Of a stretch of 64,000 nucleotides of DNA, positions 21,441 through 31,507 are shown in pieces (positions within the stretch are counted from its first letter, which is position 1; every line of letters starts with the position of its first letter). The translations under genes were made by a program, and so were the position numbers. Source of the stretch: Bacteroidales bacterium (GTDB taxonomy: Bacteria > Bacteroidota > Bacteroidia > Bacteroidales > ML635J-15); assembly GCA_027858835.1 (NCBI GenBank), contig JAQIBY010000009.1, forward strand, positions 19,151 to 83,150, given 5' to 3'. The notes beneath the pieces are model-generated. The model searched no databases and was not told where the DNA came from. It saw nothing but the letters and a program-made list of their open reading frames with translations.

Positions 21441-21875
21441 TTATTTTGTTCCGGTATGCCCGAATCCTCCGGCACCGCGTTCAGTTTCTTTAAGTATTTC
21501 AACCTGCTTCCATTGGACGGTTTCATGTTTTGCAATGATCATTTGACAAATGCGTTCTCCGGGTTGAATTATATAATTTTCATTTGAAAGGTTTACAAGA
21601 ATAACGCCAATTTCGCCGCGATAATCGGCATCGATGGTTCCCGGTGTGTTGAGAACAGAAATTCCGTGTTTTAAAGCCAGTCCGCTTCGAGGTCTGATTT
21701 GCGCTTCATATGACTTTGGCAGCTCAACAAACAGCCCAGTAGGAATTAGTTTTCGTTCTAAAGGTTTTAGCAATATTTCTGTTTCAATATTTGCCCGCAA
21801 GTCCATTCCGGCAGACATTTCTGTCTTATACTCCGGGAGCTGATTTTTTGATTTATTGACAATTTTAACTTTCAT
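21441..21875 (-). CDS. dut: dUTP diphosphatase
   Basis: 144 aa with conserved dUTPase motifs ([20 protein letters not shown], ERGxGGFGHTG). Confidence 0.93.
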   Translation of the reverse strand: MKVKIVNKSKNQLPEYKTEMSAGMDLRANIETEILLKPLERKLIPTGLFVELPKSYEAQIRPRSGLALKHGISVLNTPGTIDADYRGEIGVILVNLSNENYIIQPGERICQMIIAKHETVQWKQVEILKETERGAGGFGHTGTK

Positions 21876-21933
21876 AATATATGATTAATTAATTGAACAC
21901 AAAATACATAAATGCTCGGTTAAAAGAAAAACA

Positions 21934-23415
21934 TTACGTGCTCTTTTTACGAATTTGCAATATCAGTCTTTCCTTCCAAATTGCGATGCCGGTAAACGCA
22001 GCGATAAGCGCAGTGTTTAAAAGCAGTTCCAATGTTTGACTCAGCGTGTTTGTATATTGATAAAGGGCAAAAATTACGCCGGCAAAAATAAAATATACTG
22101 CAATTTTCTTCAATTGATATGGTATGGGATGATGTTTTTTTCCGATAAAATAGGAAATCAACATCATCGTAAAATAACAAACTAGAGTTGCAATTGCCGA
22201 GCCCGTATATCCGATTACGGGAATTAATACGACATTTAAAATAATTGTTATTACGGCTCCAATAATAGCGAAATATGCACCAAATCTGGTTTTGTCATTT
22301 AGCTTGTACCATACAGACAGATTGAAATAAATTCCAAGGAATAAATTCGCAATCAGCAAAATCGGTACAATATTTAACCCGTCATGGTAATTTTCCCCGA
22401 TAAAGAACTTCACAATATCAAGGTATCCTGTGATTCCGAGAAAAATCAGCAATCCAAAAATGATAAACCAAGTCATGACATTTGCAAAAAGTTTGTTAGA
22501 ATTCTTATCCTTGGCCGAGGAAAAGAAAAATGGCTCCGCTGCATACCGAAACATCTGTATGAACAAAGTCATTAGGATTGCAAGCTTGTAATTAGCGCCA
22601 TATATCCCGACTTGCGCCATCACAAAAGCATCGCTTCCTGGGAGTAAATATTTTAGTAAAATTCGGTCGATGGTTTCATTTATCATCCCAGCCAAACCTC
22701 CTATTAGCAATGGAAATGAGTACCACAGCATTTTTTTTAACAGTACTCTACTGATTTTTAATTCCACCTCAAAAATATCAGGAAGCAAAAGAAGCAAGGT
22801 GAAACTGCTCGAAATTAAATTTGAAATAAAAATATATCCGATTCCGATGTGCCAACTGTAAAAAAGAAGCAAGGGAGAGTCTGGGTTTGTTTGTGCAATT
22901 CTGGGGCAAATTATGATGAAAAAAACATTCAGTACCACATTCATAACAATTCCGGCAAGTTTAATGGCGGCAAAGCGTTTTGCTTTATTTTGCATCCGGA
23001 GTTTAGCAAAAGGAATCGCAGAAAATGCGTCGAAGGCCAGAATTAGGGCAAACCATCGCACCCATTCAGGATGTAGTGTGTAATTTATGGTATTTGCAAT
23101 CGGCTGAGCAAATAAATTTACGAGCAGCAGAAAACTTGCTGAGGTAATAAAGAGTGAGCTGAGTGCTGTTGAATAGGTTTTTTTATATCCGTGTTCACTT
23201 TGCGAAAACCGAAAAAACCCAGTTTCCATTCCGTAAGTTAAGACAATAATCAGGAAAGTGACATAGGCATAAAACTCGGTAACAATTCCATATTCCTGCG
23301 GTAAAAACACATTGGTGTATAAGGGCACCAGAAAATAGTTCAGCAAGCGCCCGAACATACTGCTTAAGCCGTATATTGCCGTTTGTCCTACAAGTTTTTT
23401 TACCGTATTAGCCAT
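21934..23415 (-). CDS. polysaccharide biosynthesis flippase (Wzx/MOP superfamily)
   Basis: 493 aa, about 12-14 predicted TM helices, MOP-flippase-like N-terminus. Confidence 0.7.
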   Translation of the reverse strand: MANTVKKLVGQTAIYGLSSMFGRLLNYFLVPLYTNVFLPQEYGIVTEFYAYVTFLIIVLTYGMETGFFRFSQSEHGYKKTYSTALSSLFITSASFLLLVNLFAQPIANTINYTLHPEWVRWFALILAFDAFSAIPFAKLRMQNKAKRFAAIKLAGIVMNVVLNVFFIIICPRIAQTNPDSPLLLFYSWHIGIGYIFISNLISSSFTLLLLLPDIFEVELKISRVLLKKMLWYSFPLLIGGLAGMINETIDRILLKYLLPGSDAFVMAQVGIYGANYKLAILMTLFIQMFRYAAEPFFFSSAKDKNSNKLFANVMTWFIIFGLLIFLGITGYLDIVKFFIGENYHDGLNIVPILLIANLFLGIYFNLSVWYKLNDKTRFGAYFAIIGAVITIILNVVLIPVIGYTGSAIATLVCYFTMMLISYFIGKKHHPIPYQLKKIAVYFIFAGVIFALYQYTNTLSQTLELLLNTALIAAFTGIAIWKERLILQIRKKST

Positions 23416-23896
23416 GTTTTTCCCTGTATATCATTTTAATGTGCTCAATTCCTGCATCCGGGAAAGTCTCACCAATAGCATAAAACCCCATTTTTTCATA
23501 AAACCCAATTTGTGCTGTTTGGGCATAAAGGTATCGAGTTTTTCGGAAGCTTTGCGTTTCATCTAAAGCAATTTTCAACAAAGTTTTCCCTAATCCACTA
23601 TCTCGTTTGTTTTTTTTAACGGCAAATCGCTCTAATTTAATTCCGTTATCAGTGGTTCTATAGCGACAAGTAGCTACCGGTTTTTCATTATAATACATAA
23701 GAATATGTGTTGCCAGTGCATCGTCTCCGTCGTATTCAAGCTTTTTGGGAACCGATTGTTCTTTTACAAACACTTTCATACGCAATTTCATGGCAATGTC
23801 GAGATATTGCTTTTTGCTGAAATCGAAAATAATATATTGACAATCAGAACAATGTTTCATTTTCATCAATTTGGCTTTGTTCATACGCTTCATCAA
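23408..23896 (-). CDS. GNAT family N-acetyltransferase
   Basis: GNAT acetyl-CoA motif region (RDSGLGKTLL). The start is uncertain: Mets at 23896, 23866 and 23860 all overlap the 3' end of rnhA. Confidence 0.7.
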   Translation of the reverse strand: MMKRMNKAKLMKMKHCSDCQYIIFDFSKKQYLDIAMKLRMKVFVKEQSVPKKLEYDGDDALATHILMYYNEKPVATCRYRTTDNGIKLERFAVKKNKRDSGLGKTLLKIALDETQSFRKTRYLYAQTAQIGFYEKMGFYAIGETFPDAGIEHIKMIYREKHG

Positions 23897-24332
23897 TTAA
23901 GAGATTGCCGTTTTTATATGCTTGCACGGCCAAAAAGTCTGCGCGTTCATTTCCCGGAATATTTGCATGTCCTTTCACCCATTTGAATACAACCTCATGT
24001 TTTCGATAAACCTGTAGGAATCGCATCCAAAGGTCGGGATTTTTTTTCTTTTTAAACTGTTTCCTCTCCCATTGGAAAACCCATCCTTTGGTAACCGCAT
24101 CTGCTACATATTTGCTATCAGTATAAATTACTACACGACATGTTTTGTTGAGTGCTTCCAGTGCAACAATAACAGCCATTAGCTCCATGCGATTATTGGT
24201 TGTATTCCGATAGCCTGCAGAAATTTCTTTTTTGTGTTTTCCGCTCATGAGAATAAGCCCGTATCCTCCCGGACCGGGGTTTCCACTGGCACCTCCATCG
24301 GTGTAAACAATAACTTCAGGCTTATTCTGCAT
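23844..24332 (-). CDS. rnhA: ribonuclease HI
   Basis: The VYTDGGASGNPGPGGYG start and the conserved DEDD residue context (NNRMEL, TDSKY, GHANIPGNERAD). Confidence 0.92.
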   Translation of the reverse strand: MQNKPEVIVYTDGGASGNPGPGGYGLILMSGKHKKEISAGYRNTTNNRMELMAVIVALEALNKTCRVVIYTDSKYVADAVTKGWVFQWERKQFKKKKNPDLWMRFLQVYRKHEVVFKWVKGHANIPGNERADFLAVQAYKNGNLLIDEAYEQSQIDENETLF

Positions 24333-24421
24333 AAGTAATATTTTCGACTGCGAAAGATAATAATAATTATGCGGTCAATAAAAGCAGAATTAAAATTATC
24401 GTTTAATTCATTGATTTAATT

Positions 24422-24429
24422 ATTTTTGT
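24422..24429 (+). promoter_or_regulatory. candidate Bacteroidota -7 box (TATTTTTG) for efp
   Basis: Exact match to TAnnTTTG, 24 nt upstream of the efp ATG. No clear -33 element was seen. Confidence 0.35.
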
Positions 24430-24452
24430 AAAAATTCAAAAATTACTGTGAT

Positions 24453-25016
24453 ATGATTTCAACATCAGATTTTAAAAATGGATTGTGCCTAGAATTCAAA
24501 GGAGGAATTTACCAAATTGTAGAATTTCAGCATGTTAAACCCGGAAAGGGTTCTGCATTTGTGCGGACAAAATTGAAAAACTTAGAAACCGGACGTGTTA
24601 TTGATAATACATTTAATTCCGGTGTAAAAATGAAAAGTGTACGAATTGAATATCGTCCGTACCAATTTCTTTATAAAGATGACATGGGTTTTAACCTCAT
24701 GCATACAGAAAACTTTGAACAAATCAGTTTGGGCGAAGAACTAATTGAGAATAATGATTTAATGAAAGAAAGTCAGGAAGTACAGGTTATGTTTCATGCA
24801 GAGCAAGAAATGCCGATGGAGTGCATTTTACCTCCATTCGTTACGCTTGAAATTACTTATACCGAGCCGGGAGTAAAAGGCGATACTGCAACTAACACCT
24901 TGAAACCTGCAACATTGGAAACCGGAGCAGAAGTTATGGTTCCGCTTTTTATAAATATTGGAGATAAAATTAAGATTGATACCCGTACGCGTGAGTATAA
25001 TGAGCGGGTAAAATAA
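24453..25016 (+). CDS. efp: elongation factor P
   Basis: 187 aa. The N-terminal [10 protein letters not shown]...[21 protein letters not shown] region is a canonical EF-P sequence. Confidence 0.95.
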   Translation: MISTSDFKNGLCLEFKGGIYQIVEFQHVKPGKGSAFVRTKLKNLETGRVIDNTFNSGVKMKSVRIEYRPYQFLYKDDMGFNLMHTENFEQISLGEELIENNDLMKESQEVQVMFHAEQEMPMECILPPFVTLEITYTEPGVKGDTATNTLKPATLETGAEVMVPLFINIGDKIKIDTRTREYNERVK

Positions 25017-25038
25017 TTTCAAAACAAGATTTGTGAAA

Positions 25039-26547
25039 TTAAGCTGTTTCGATTTTCGAAGCGGCTTTTTTTTCGTTGGCTAAATCTTTCTCGTGATTTG
25101 CATGAAACAAATCGATTGCCACAATAATTGCAATAAACCCCCAATAAGGAACAGAGGCTTTATCTGTATCGAGAAAATTATTTAAGAATCCATGGACATA
25201 ATAGGTAACCAAACCTGTTAGTGCCATTAGCAAAAGCGTTCGTGTTTGCTTGTCTTTTGTTAATTTGTATCGCCTGAGTGCAACAACCACTACAGTAATA
25301 ATTACCCCAAATAAACTCAACATTCCGAACAATCCGGATTCTGAAAGCGGTCCTAGATATTCACTATGGGCATTTCCCATATCGCCCGCATTTGTGCTAA
25401 TAATTGTCTTTTCATAAGATTTTTGAAAAGGTGCATATTGGAATTGATACGTACCAGGGCCCCATCCAAAAACAGGTTTCTCTTCAAACATTCGAATTGC
25501 GCAGTTCCAGCGATTAATTCGCTCTTTATTTGATGCATCTGTTGCAACATTGGAAATACTTTTCACATGGTCTTTAAAGTCAGACGAGCTGTCGGTTTTG
25601 TTTTGCTCCAGCTCAATCATTATGTCAGTTTTATAAATAAGAAACAATGCAAGCAATATTCCACCCCCCGCTAAAACCCATTTATAATTAATTTTCAACC
25701 GGATAATCAAGTAAACACCAAACGCTCCAATTAGACTTACCCAGGCAGCACGTGTATAAGACAAAACAATCGCGAGTGCAAATAATCCAATCAGCGTATA
25801 AATAACATATTTAAGGTGTGTCTTTTCTTTATGGAGCGACAACATTCCTATTAATATCGGCAAAAACATGGCAAGCGCAGCTCCATACGATGTATGATCA
25901 TTATAAAAAGGAGTCATTACAAAATGGGCAGAGTGTTGATTGAAACCATGTCCGGCATGTTTAATTAATGTAATGATAATCAATGCAGAAAGTGGGATAA
26001 TGTAAGCCCAAAAAAATCGAGAGATTTTCTTGTAATCCTTTAGAATCAGAAGCAGGACAAAATAAAATCCAACGATAAACCAAATTTTTGCGAGTAAGAA
26101 TTTGAATGATACCCAAACCATAGTACTTGTAAGGGAAGTAATGAGAATCCAAAATAAATAGATGTATATAGCAATAGAAACAGGATGTCTTAAAATACGT
26201 TTATCATAAGATTGTTCCATAGCTTGTTTAAAAAGAAAAATCAGAAGTAGTCCAAAAAGTAATGGCTCAGTTGGAAGTGCCATATCAAAGGACAAACTTG
26301 GAAAAATTTCTTTAAGAGGGACAGAAAATGGCGTTAAAAAGACAATTACCATTAAGAGTTTATCCAATGCAAAAAATGCAAAAAGCAGAATAAGCAATAA
26401 AAATGGAATTGCGGAAAGTGCAACGGTTTCAAATTTCAAAATAGCAAGTGCATTCAGCACAACAAAGCCTGCACCCAATAAATAAAACAGCCCTATTTTT
26501 TTTTTAATGCTATTCACCCTTACGCTTTGAAATTCTAGCTTTATCAA
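25039..26547 (-). CDS. O-antigen ligase/polymerase family membrane protein (Wzy_C domain)
   Basis: 502 aa, polytopic. The YTRAAW...periplasmic loop...NAHSEYL pattern is typical of the Wzy_C domain. Confidence 0.7.
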   Translation of the reverse strand: MIKLEFQSVRVNSIKKKIGLFYLLGAGFVVLNALAILKFETVALSAIPFLLLILLFAFFALDKLLMVIVFLTPFSVPLKEIFPSLSFDMALPTEPLLFGLLLIFLFKQAMEQSYDKRILRHPVSIAIYIYLFWILITSLTSTMVWVSFKFLLAKIWFIVGFYFVLLLILKDYKKISRFFWAYIIPLSALIIITLIKHAGHGFNQHSAHFVMTPFYNDHTSYGAALAMFLPILIGMLSLHKEKTHLKYVIYTLIGLFALAIVLSYTRAAWVSLIGAFGVYLIIRLKINYKWVLAGGGILLALFLIYKTDIMIELEQNKTDSSSDFKDHVKSISNVATDASNKERINRWNCAIRMFEEKPVFGWGPGTYQFQYAPFQKSYEKTIISTNAGDMGNAHSEYLGPLSESGLFGMLSLFGVIITVVVVALRRYKLTKDKQTRTLLLMALTGLVTYYVHGFLNNFLDTDKASVPYWGFIAIIVAIDLFHANHEKDLANEKKAASKIETA

Positions 26548-27481
26548 TAAAAATTAAAACCACAATTCCGGCGAACAAAGCTCCCAGAATAGAAAAGAAT
26601 ACAAAAATCCAGCGTGTTGGATATGCCTTTTTATCCGCAGCAAATGGTTCGGCAACCACATGAGCATAAGTAATGGTTTTTGATGTATCACGGATAAATA
26701 CTTCGACCTCTTGTTTGATCTCGTGATAATCGCTCATTGCGTTCCATAGCAAAGAATCAGTAATTATAAAATCACTCCCAAAATCCCTCAAGTTTTGAAG
26801 TGAACTTTTTGTTTCGCCAAAGCTTTTCCCATTTGCAATTGCACGAGTATATTCTTTTGTTTGAATTCCAAAATCAAGGATATTATTTTCTTGCCGGTGT
26901 TTTTTCAGGATATTGCCAAGATTATCAATTTCAGATTGTTTTCTGCTTAAATGATTATTATAAACTCGAACTAATTCTACAGATTTCTCTTTATTCAGGT
27001 TTAATACTTTATGATTATAAAATGCAATGATTGAATCCACCATATCAGAGGCAAACTGTGGGTCTTTATCTAAAACAGTAATCATAACTGCCTCATTTTC
27101 AGTCTTACGAAAGCTAACATTTCCTTCAAAACGTTTATTAAGTTGAGTTAAATAATGTGGGTTATCTTTAGATATTTCATAGTGTGCTCCTAAGTCAAAC
27201 GCATCATAGATGCGAAATCTGATATCCTGAGACTGTATAAGCTCCAGCATTTGTTCTGTTTCAGACTCCTCAGACATTGGAGAAATATTAGCGGGATATA
27301 ATACTGCGTGTGATGTATATTTGGGAGTAATAAAAATATTGGAAGAGAACAAAACTCCCAGTCCACCAGCAACTACGGCTATAATCAACAAATGGACTTT
27401 CCATCTACTAATCAGATCAAACATGCTGCTGTTTCTGAAATAATTTTCCATAGTATCATAGTTTGGTAATTCAATTGTCAA
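26510..27481 (-). CDS. Wzz-like polysaccharide chain-length determinant (no kinase domain)
   Basis: One N-terminal and one C-terminal TM helix flank a coiled-coil periplasmic region. It is a paralog of the next gene. Confidence 0.6.
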   Translation of the reverse strand: MTIELPNYDTMENYFRNSSMFDLISRWKVHLLIIAVVAGGLGVLFSSNIFITPKYTSHAVLYPANISPMSEESETEQMLELIQSQDIRFRIYDAFDLGAHYEISKDNPHYLTQLNKRFEGNVSFRKTENEAVMITVLDKDPQFASDMVDSIIAFYNHKVLNLNKEKSVELVRVYNNHLSRKQSEIDNLGNILKKHRQENNILDFGIQTKEYTRAIANGKSFGETKSSLQNLRDFGSDFIITDSLLWNAMSDYHEIKQEVEVFIRDTSKTITYAHVVAEPFAADKKAYPTRWIFVFFSILGALFAGIVVLIFIDKARISKRKGE

Positions 27482-27513
27482 GCGATTTGCAAAACAATGA
27501 ATTGGCTTAATTT

Positions 27514-28518
27514 TTATTTTTTTTTTAAGTTTTCTAAAATTATTAGAACAATAATTGCTAATAAAAAGCTAGAAATTGTAGAAATCATAACTATTAGCCA
27601 ACGCACAGGATAAGATTTCTTTTCTGCGTTAACCGCCTCGTTGACAACAAATTTATGTGGCAAATTCTGCTCAACATCAATTTTTGCCTCGACATACTTT
27701 GATTCAACTTCTGATAGCTTTTTTATTTCGCTTGTCATTTGTTCATGTAAAGAAACATATAATGGACCGTATTTTGCGAGTGTATCAATTTTCTCCTTTA
27801 AACGAGAAGCTCCTGTATAATTTCCCTGAGCAATTGCAATTGCGTACTGGTCGTTAAACACCTCACTTTGTGACTCATACTCGACAATTCCAATTTCCCC
27901 CAGCATTTCCAAGGTGTCGCGAATGGCCCTGATTTTTTGTTTTTGTTTATTGTATTCAATTTCAACCAATCGAAATGCTTTCAATGCACGATCTTTTTGC
28001 ATATCATTCATTACAGAATCTAACTGGGCTGAAATTTCATTCGCAATTAATGCGGCTGTATCCGGACTATGGTCTAAAACCACAATATCTACCGACATGA
28101 ATTCCGTACGGTTGATTTTTATGTTTTTTTTGTAATTTTCATAAAGAGAGGTCGCCGGATATTTCCCTTTTGGATCAATACCATAATGCTGCATCAATTT
28201 ATACTTCTCAATAACGCGATTTCGAATTGTATTTGATTGCAAAACCTGCATCATTTGCTCGACCTCTTCCTCTTCTCCGAATTTCAAAATTTCTTTTTCA
28301 CCTGAATTTTGCGACATCAAAGCCTGAGAGATACTCGAAGAGCTTACAGGGAAAAGTGTAACTGTTGACTTATATTTAGGCTGTATTGTCAAACTTGCTA
28401 CAGCAGATAAAACAGCAGCGGCGAAAATTATAATCAACAAAGGCATTCTGCGGCGAATTATTAAATCCAACACGTTTTCTGCCTCAAATTGTCGTGAATA
28501 TTTATCTTGTTCCTTCAT
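27514..28518 (-). CDS. Wzz-like polysaccharide chain-length determinant (paralog)
   Basis: Same architecture as 26510-27481, with shared motifs (PKY.S...L.P; KKxYP.RW near the C-terminal TM). Confidence 0.6.
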   Translation of the reverse strand: MKEQDKYSRQFEAENVLDLIIRRRMPLLIIIFAAAVLSAVASLTIQPKYKSTVTLFPVSSSSISQALMSQNSGEKEILKFGEEEEVEQMMQVLQSNTIRNRVIEKYKLMQHYGIDPKGKYPATSLYENYKKNIKINRTEFMSVDIVVLDHSPDTAALIANEISAQLDSVMNDMQKDRALKAFRLVEIEYNKQKQKIRAIRDTLEMLGEIGIVEYESQSEVFNDQYAIAIAQGNYTGASRLKEKIDTLAKYGPLYVSLHEQMTSEIKKLSEVESKYVEAKIDVEQNLPHKFVVNEAVNAEKKSYPVRWLIVMISTISSFLLAIIVLIILENLKKK

Positions 28519-28789
28519 GCAAATCCTCTATAATGTATATCAAACAAGTTTGACAAAAATAGTAAAATATCCCGTATTTATTAAATTACAGATTAAATTT
28601 TAATAAACTTCCTGAAAACCAATAACTCAACAAGGGGTTAAATGCGTAATATTGGTCTCAATATATCATAATTTACAAACTGATATGCGAACGCAATTCA
28701 ACAAAAACCAGCTTCAACACATGCTGTTTACACTTCATTACCAGAACAGTAATTCTAAAAAAATGTAACCGATTATACTTAAAAGTTCT

Positions 28790-28797
28790 TATATTTG
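28790..28797 (+). promoter_or_regulatory. candidate -7 box (TATATTTG) for the Crp/Fnr gene
   Basis: Exact TAnnTTTG match 25 nt upstream of the ATG at 28822. It overlaps an inverted repeat, TTTGT-N8-ACAAA (28794-28811). Confidence 0.35.
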
Positions 28798-28821
28798 TCA
28801 TTGTAAACAAATGGATGTGAT

Positions 28822-29526
28822 ATGAAACGTGCACAGGAAGAACCACTTTGCCATCATTGTGCAAATGTAGTCAGTACAATTTTCACCAAACTTACACCTG
28901 ATGAAGTTGAATACATCAATGATCGCAAACGATGTTCTCGTTATGAGAAAGGGCTTATTATGTACGAAGAAGGCGGGCGCACAAACGGATTCTATTGCAT
29001 TTGCAGCGGAATCGTAAAAGTTTACAAAACCGGTGTTGAAGGAAAAGAACAAATTATCCGCTTTGCCAAAAAAGGCGATATTATTGGATATCGTTCAATC
29101 ATAAGTGGAGAACCGGCTTGTACATCAGCAAAAATTTTAGAAGAAGCTGTGATTTGCTTTATTTATACACCCGATTTATATAATTTACTTAAGAAAAATG
29201 CAGAATTTGGAATTGAGCTTTTGCAACTGGCATGTACAGAATTAGGCGAAGCAAATAATTACATTACGGATATTGCACAAAAATCTGTCCGTGAACGCTT
29301 GGCAGAAGTGCTTGTCAGCTTAAAACAAAATTTTGGGCTAGACGATGATAATATACTGCAAATTTATCTTACACGGGAAGAGCTCGCAAATCTAATTGGC
29401 ACTGCAACAGAATCAGTAATCCGCTTATTATCTGAATTTAAACAGGATAAATTGATTGAATTACAGGGTCGAAAAATTCGTATTGTTGACGAAAAGAAAC
29501 TCACTCGGATTGCAAACATGATGTGA
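28822..29526 (+). CDS. Crp/Fnr family transcriptional regulator (FNR-like N-terminal CxxC)
   Basis: cNMP-binding-like beta-roll and a C-terminal HTH (REELANLIGTATESVIRLLSEF). N-terminal CHHC plus a Cys in EAVICFI. Confidence 0.85.
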   Translation: MKRAQEEPLCHHCANVVSTIFTKLTPDEVEYINDRKRCSRYEKGLIMYEEGGRTNGFYCICSGIVKVYKTGVEGKEQIIRFAKKGDIIGYRSIISGEPACTSAKILEEAVICFIYTPDLYNLLKKNAEFGIELLQLACTELGEANNYITDIAQKSVRERLAEVLVSLKQNFGLDDDNILQIYLTREELANLIGTATESVIRLLSEFKQDKLIELQGRKIRIVDEKKLTRIANMM

Positions 29527-29527
29527 T

Positions 29528-30625
29528 ATGGTTTCTGATGACATACGAAAAAAAATAAACTCAAATATACCTCTTGACAAATTCGAGGCGCTTCAACTTT
29601 GGAAAACTGCGAGTTTTGCAGAGCTGATGCAACTTGCCGATAATGTTAGAAATCGCTTTCATCCAAATAAAAAAGTCAGTTGGTTAATCGACAGAAATGT
29701 TAACTTAACAAATGTCTGCTTTAGTCAGTGCCTGTTTTGCAATTTCTGTGTGAAAAAGCAGAATGAAAACGCCTATATATTGAGCTTAGAGGATTATCGA
29801 GAGAAAATCCGAGTGCTGTTTGAACTCGGTGGCGATCAATTACTATTGCAAGGAGGAATGAATCCTGCGCTGAATTTAGATTATTACATTAACCTGTTTT
29901 CATCGCTTAAACGAGAATTTCCGCAATTAAAACTTCATGCACTTGGTCCTCCTGAAGTCCATTGGTTATCAGTACGTGCAAAATTACCGATTCGTGAAGT
30001 GCTAATACGCCTGGTGGACGCCGGTCTTGACAGTTTACCGGGAGCCGGTGCCGAAATACTATCAGATAGGGTGCGAAAAATAGTATCGCCGGGAAAAGCA
30101 ACAAGTAAACAATGGTTAGATGTTATGCGAGAAGCGCATCAGCTTGGCCTTGTTACTTCTGCAACCATGATGTTTGGTTTCATCGAAAGCATTACCGAAC
30201 GCATTGAGCATTTACTTGAAATTCGAAAGCTACAGGATGAAAAGCCAGACGGCAGTCCAGGTTTTCTGGCATTTATTCCTTGGCCATATCAACGAACTGA
30301 CACGAATCTTTTCGAAAAATATCCGGATATGCCTCGTATTTACGGTATTGAATACATAAAAATGATTGCTTTCAGTCGAATATTACTGAACAACATTACT
30401 AATATCGGTGCCAGTTGGCTTACTGTTGGTCAGGATATTGGAGCCTTAGCCCTTCATGCAGGAGCAAACGATTTGGGATCTGTTATGATAGAGGAAAATG
30501 TGGTTTCAAAAGCGGGAGCAAACTATCAGCTAAGCCCTGATTCCATGCAAAAACTAATTCGAGATGCCGGATTTGAGCCGTTTCAGCGCAACCAAAATTA
30601 TCAAGCATTTACAAGACAAAATTAA
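29528..30625 (+). CDS. radical SAM enzyme of the MqnC/MqnE/CofH family (futalosine-pathway type)
   Basis: CFSQCLFCNF (CxxxCxxC) follows NVNLTNVC, and the length is 365 aa. Which family member it is cannot be resolved by eye. Confidence 0.65.
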   Translation: MVSDDIRKKINSNIPLDKFEALQLWKTASFAELMQLADNVRNRFHPNKKVSWLIDRNVNLTNVCFSQCLFCNFCVKKQNENAYILSLEDYREKIRVLFELGGDQLLLQGGMNPALNLDYYINLFSSLKREFPQLKLHALGPPEVHWLSVRAKLPIREVLIRLVDAGLDSLPGAGAEILSDRVRKIVSPGKATSKQWLDVMREAHQLGLVTSATMMFGFIESITERIEHLLEIRKLQDEKPDGSPGFLAFIPWPYQRTDTNLFEKYPDMPRIYGIEYIKMIAFSRILLNNITNIGASWLTVGQDIGALALHAGANDLGSVMIEENVVSKAGANYQLSPDSMQKLIRDAGFEPFQRNQNYQAFTRQN

Positions 30626-31502
30626 TTCCGGTTTTCATTGTAAAGAAAGAAGAAGCAACAGGGTTTATTTCAGGAAAAACATGAACATTAATACCGGGTT
30701 CCAATTCAACAAACAAATGCAAATGCCTTAAAAGCTCACTTTGCTCTCCAATTCTAAAATCAAAGCCAAAAGGTATAGATGTCGCAAATGAAATATTACT
30801 TTGGGCATCAAAAAACTCCTCTGTTATTGTCAAATCAGATGAGATTGTCCCATAGTTATAAAACGTAAATGGAGAACTTATTAACTCCACTGCATTGTCC
30901 AAATATTGTGTGTGTTTTATTTTACTGTTAATTGAAAACCCTGCTCTGGCACTAACACCAGCATAAAATGCCCAACGTTTTGACGGATCAGTTGTTGCCT
31001 GAAAACTCACATTAAAACTCAATTGTTCCGATAGATAGTTCAGATAATGCAAGTCACTTACCACACTGTCAAGAAAAACCATTTCCGTGGAATTTTCTGA
31101 AGTTAAACTGTCAAACCGGATTCGTTCAACACCATTAAATGCCATGCCAAAGAGATTCGCATTATGATAACCTAGTCCAAACGACCAACGCGAGTGAAAA
31201 TAAAATCTATCATCCTTAGACGGTAGGTTATACTTAATGAAATTTGCCGAAAACGACATGTTATTTTGATAATAATAATGAAAAGATGACCGATAATAAT
31301 CCCCTTGCGGAATTACATTGGCATCAGTAAAATCAGAAGACATGCTAGTAAAATCAGATAATTTACCAGTGGTAAAATCAGAATTAGTTCCCGAACTTAT
31401 TGCAAAACTATACTCGGGGTACGATTCGTTTTTGACGCTATCACTCTGTGCGTCTATTGAAAATACAGCAAACAGGAAAATTAAAAAGCAAAATATCTTC
31501 AT
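30609..31502 (-). CDS. hypothetical outer-membrane beta-barrel-like protein
   Basis: Signal peptide from the Met at 31502 (MKIFCFLIFLFAVFSIDAQ) and alternating aromatic-rich strands. The ORF track start (31529) would overlap the upstream gene. Confidence 0.45.
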   Translation of the reverse strand: MKIFCFLIFLFAVFSIDAQSDSVKNESYPEYSFAISSGTNSDFTTGKLSDFTSMSSDFTDANVIPQGDYYRSSFHYYYQNNMSFSANFIKYNLPSKDDRFYFHSRWSFGLGYHNANLFGMAFNGVERIRFDSLTSENSTEMVFLDSVVSDLHYLNYLSEQLSFNVSFQATTDPSKRWAFYAGVSARAGFSINSKIKHTQYLDNAVELISSPFTFYNYGTISSDLTITEEFFDAQSNISFATSIPFGFDFRIGEQSELLRHLHLFVELEPGINVHVFPEINPVASSFFTMKTGINFVL

Positions 31503-31507
31503 AATTA

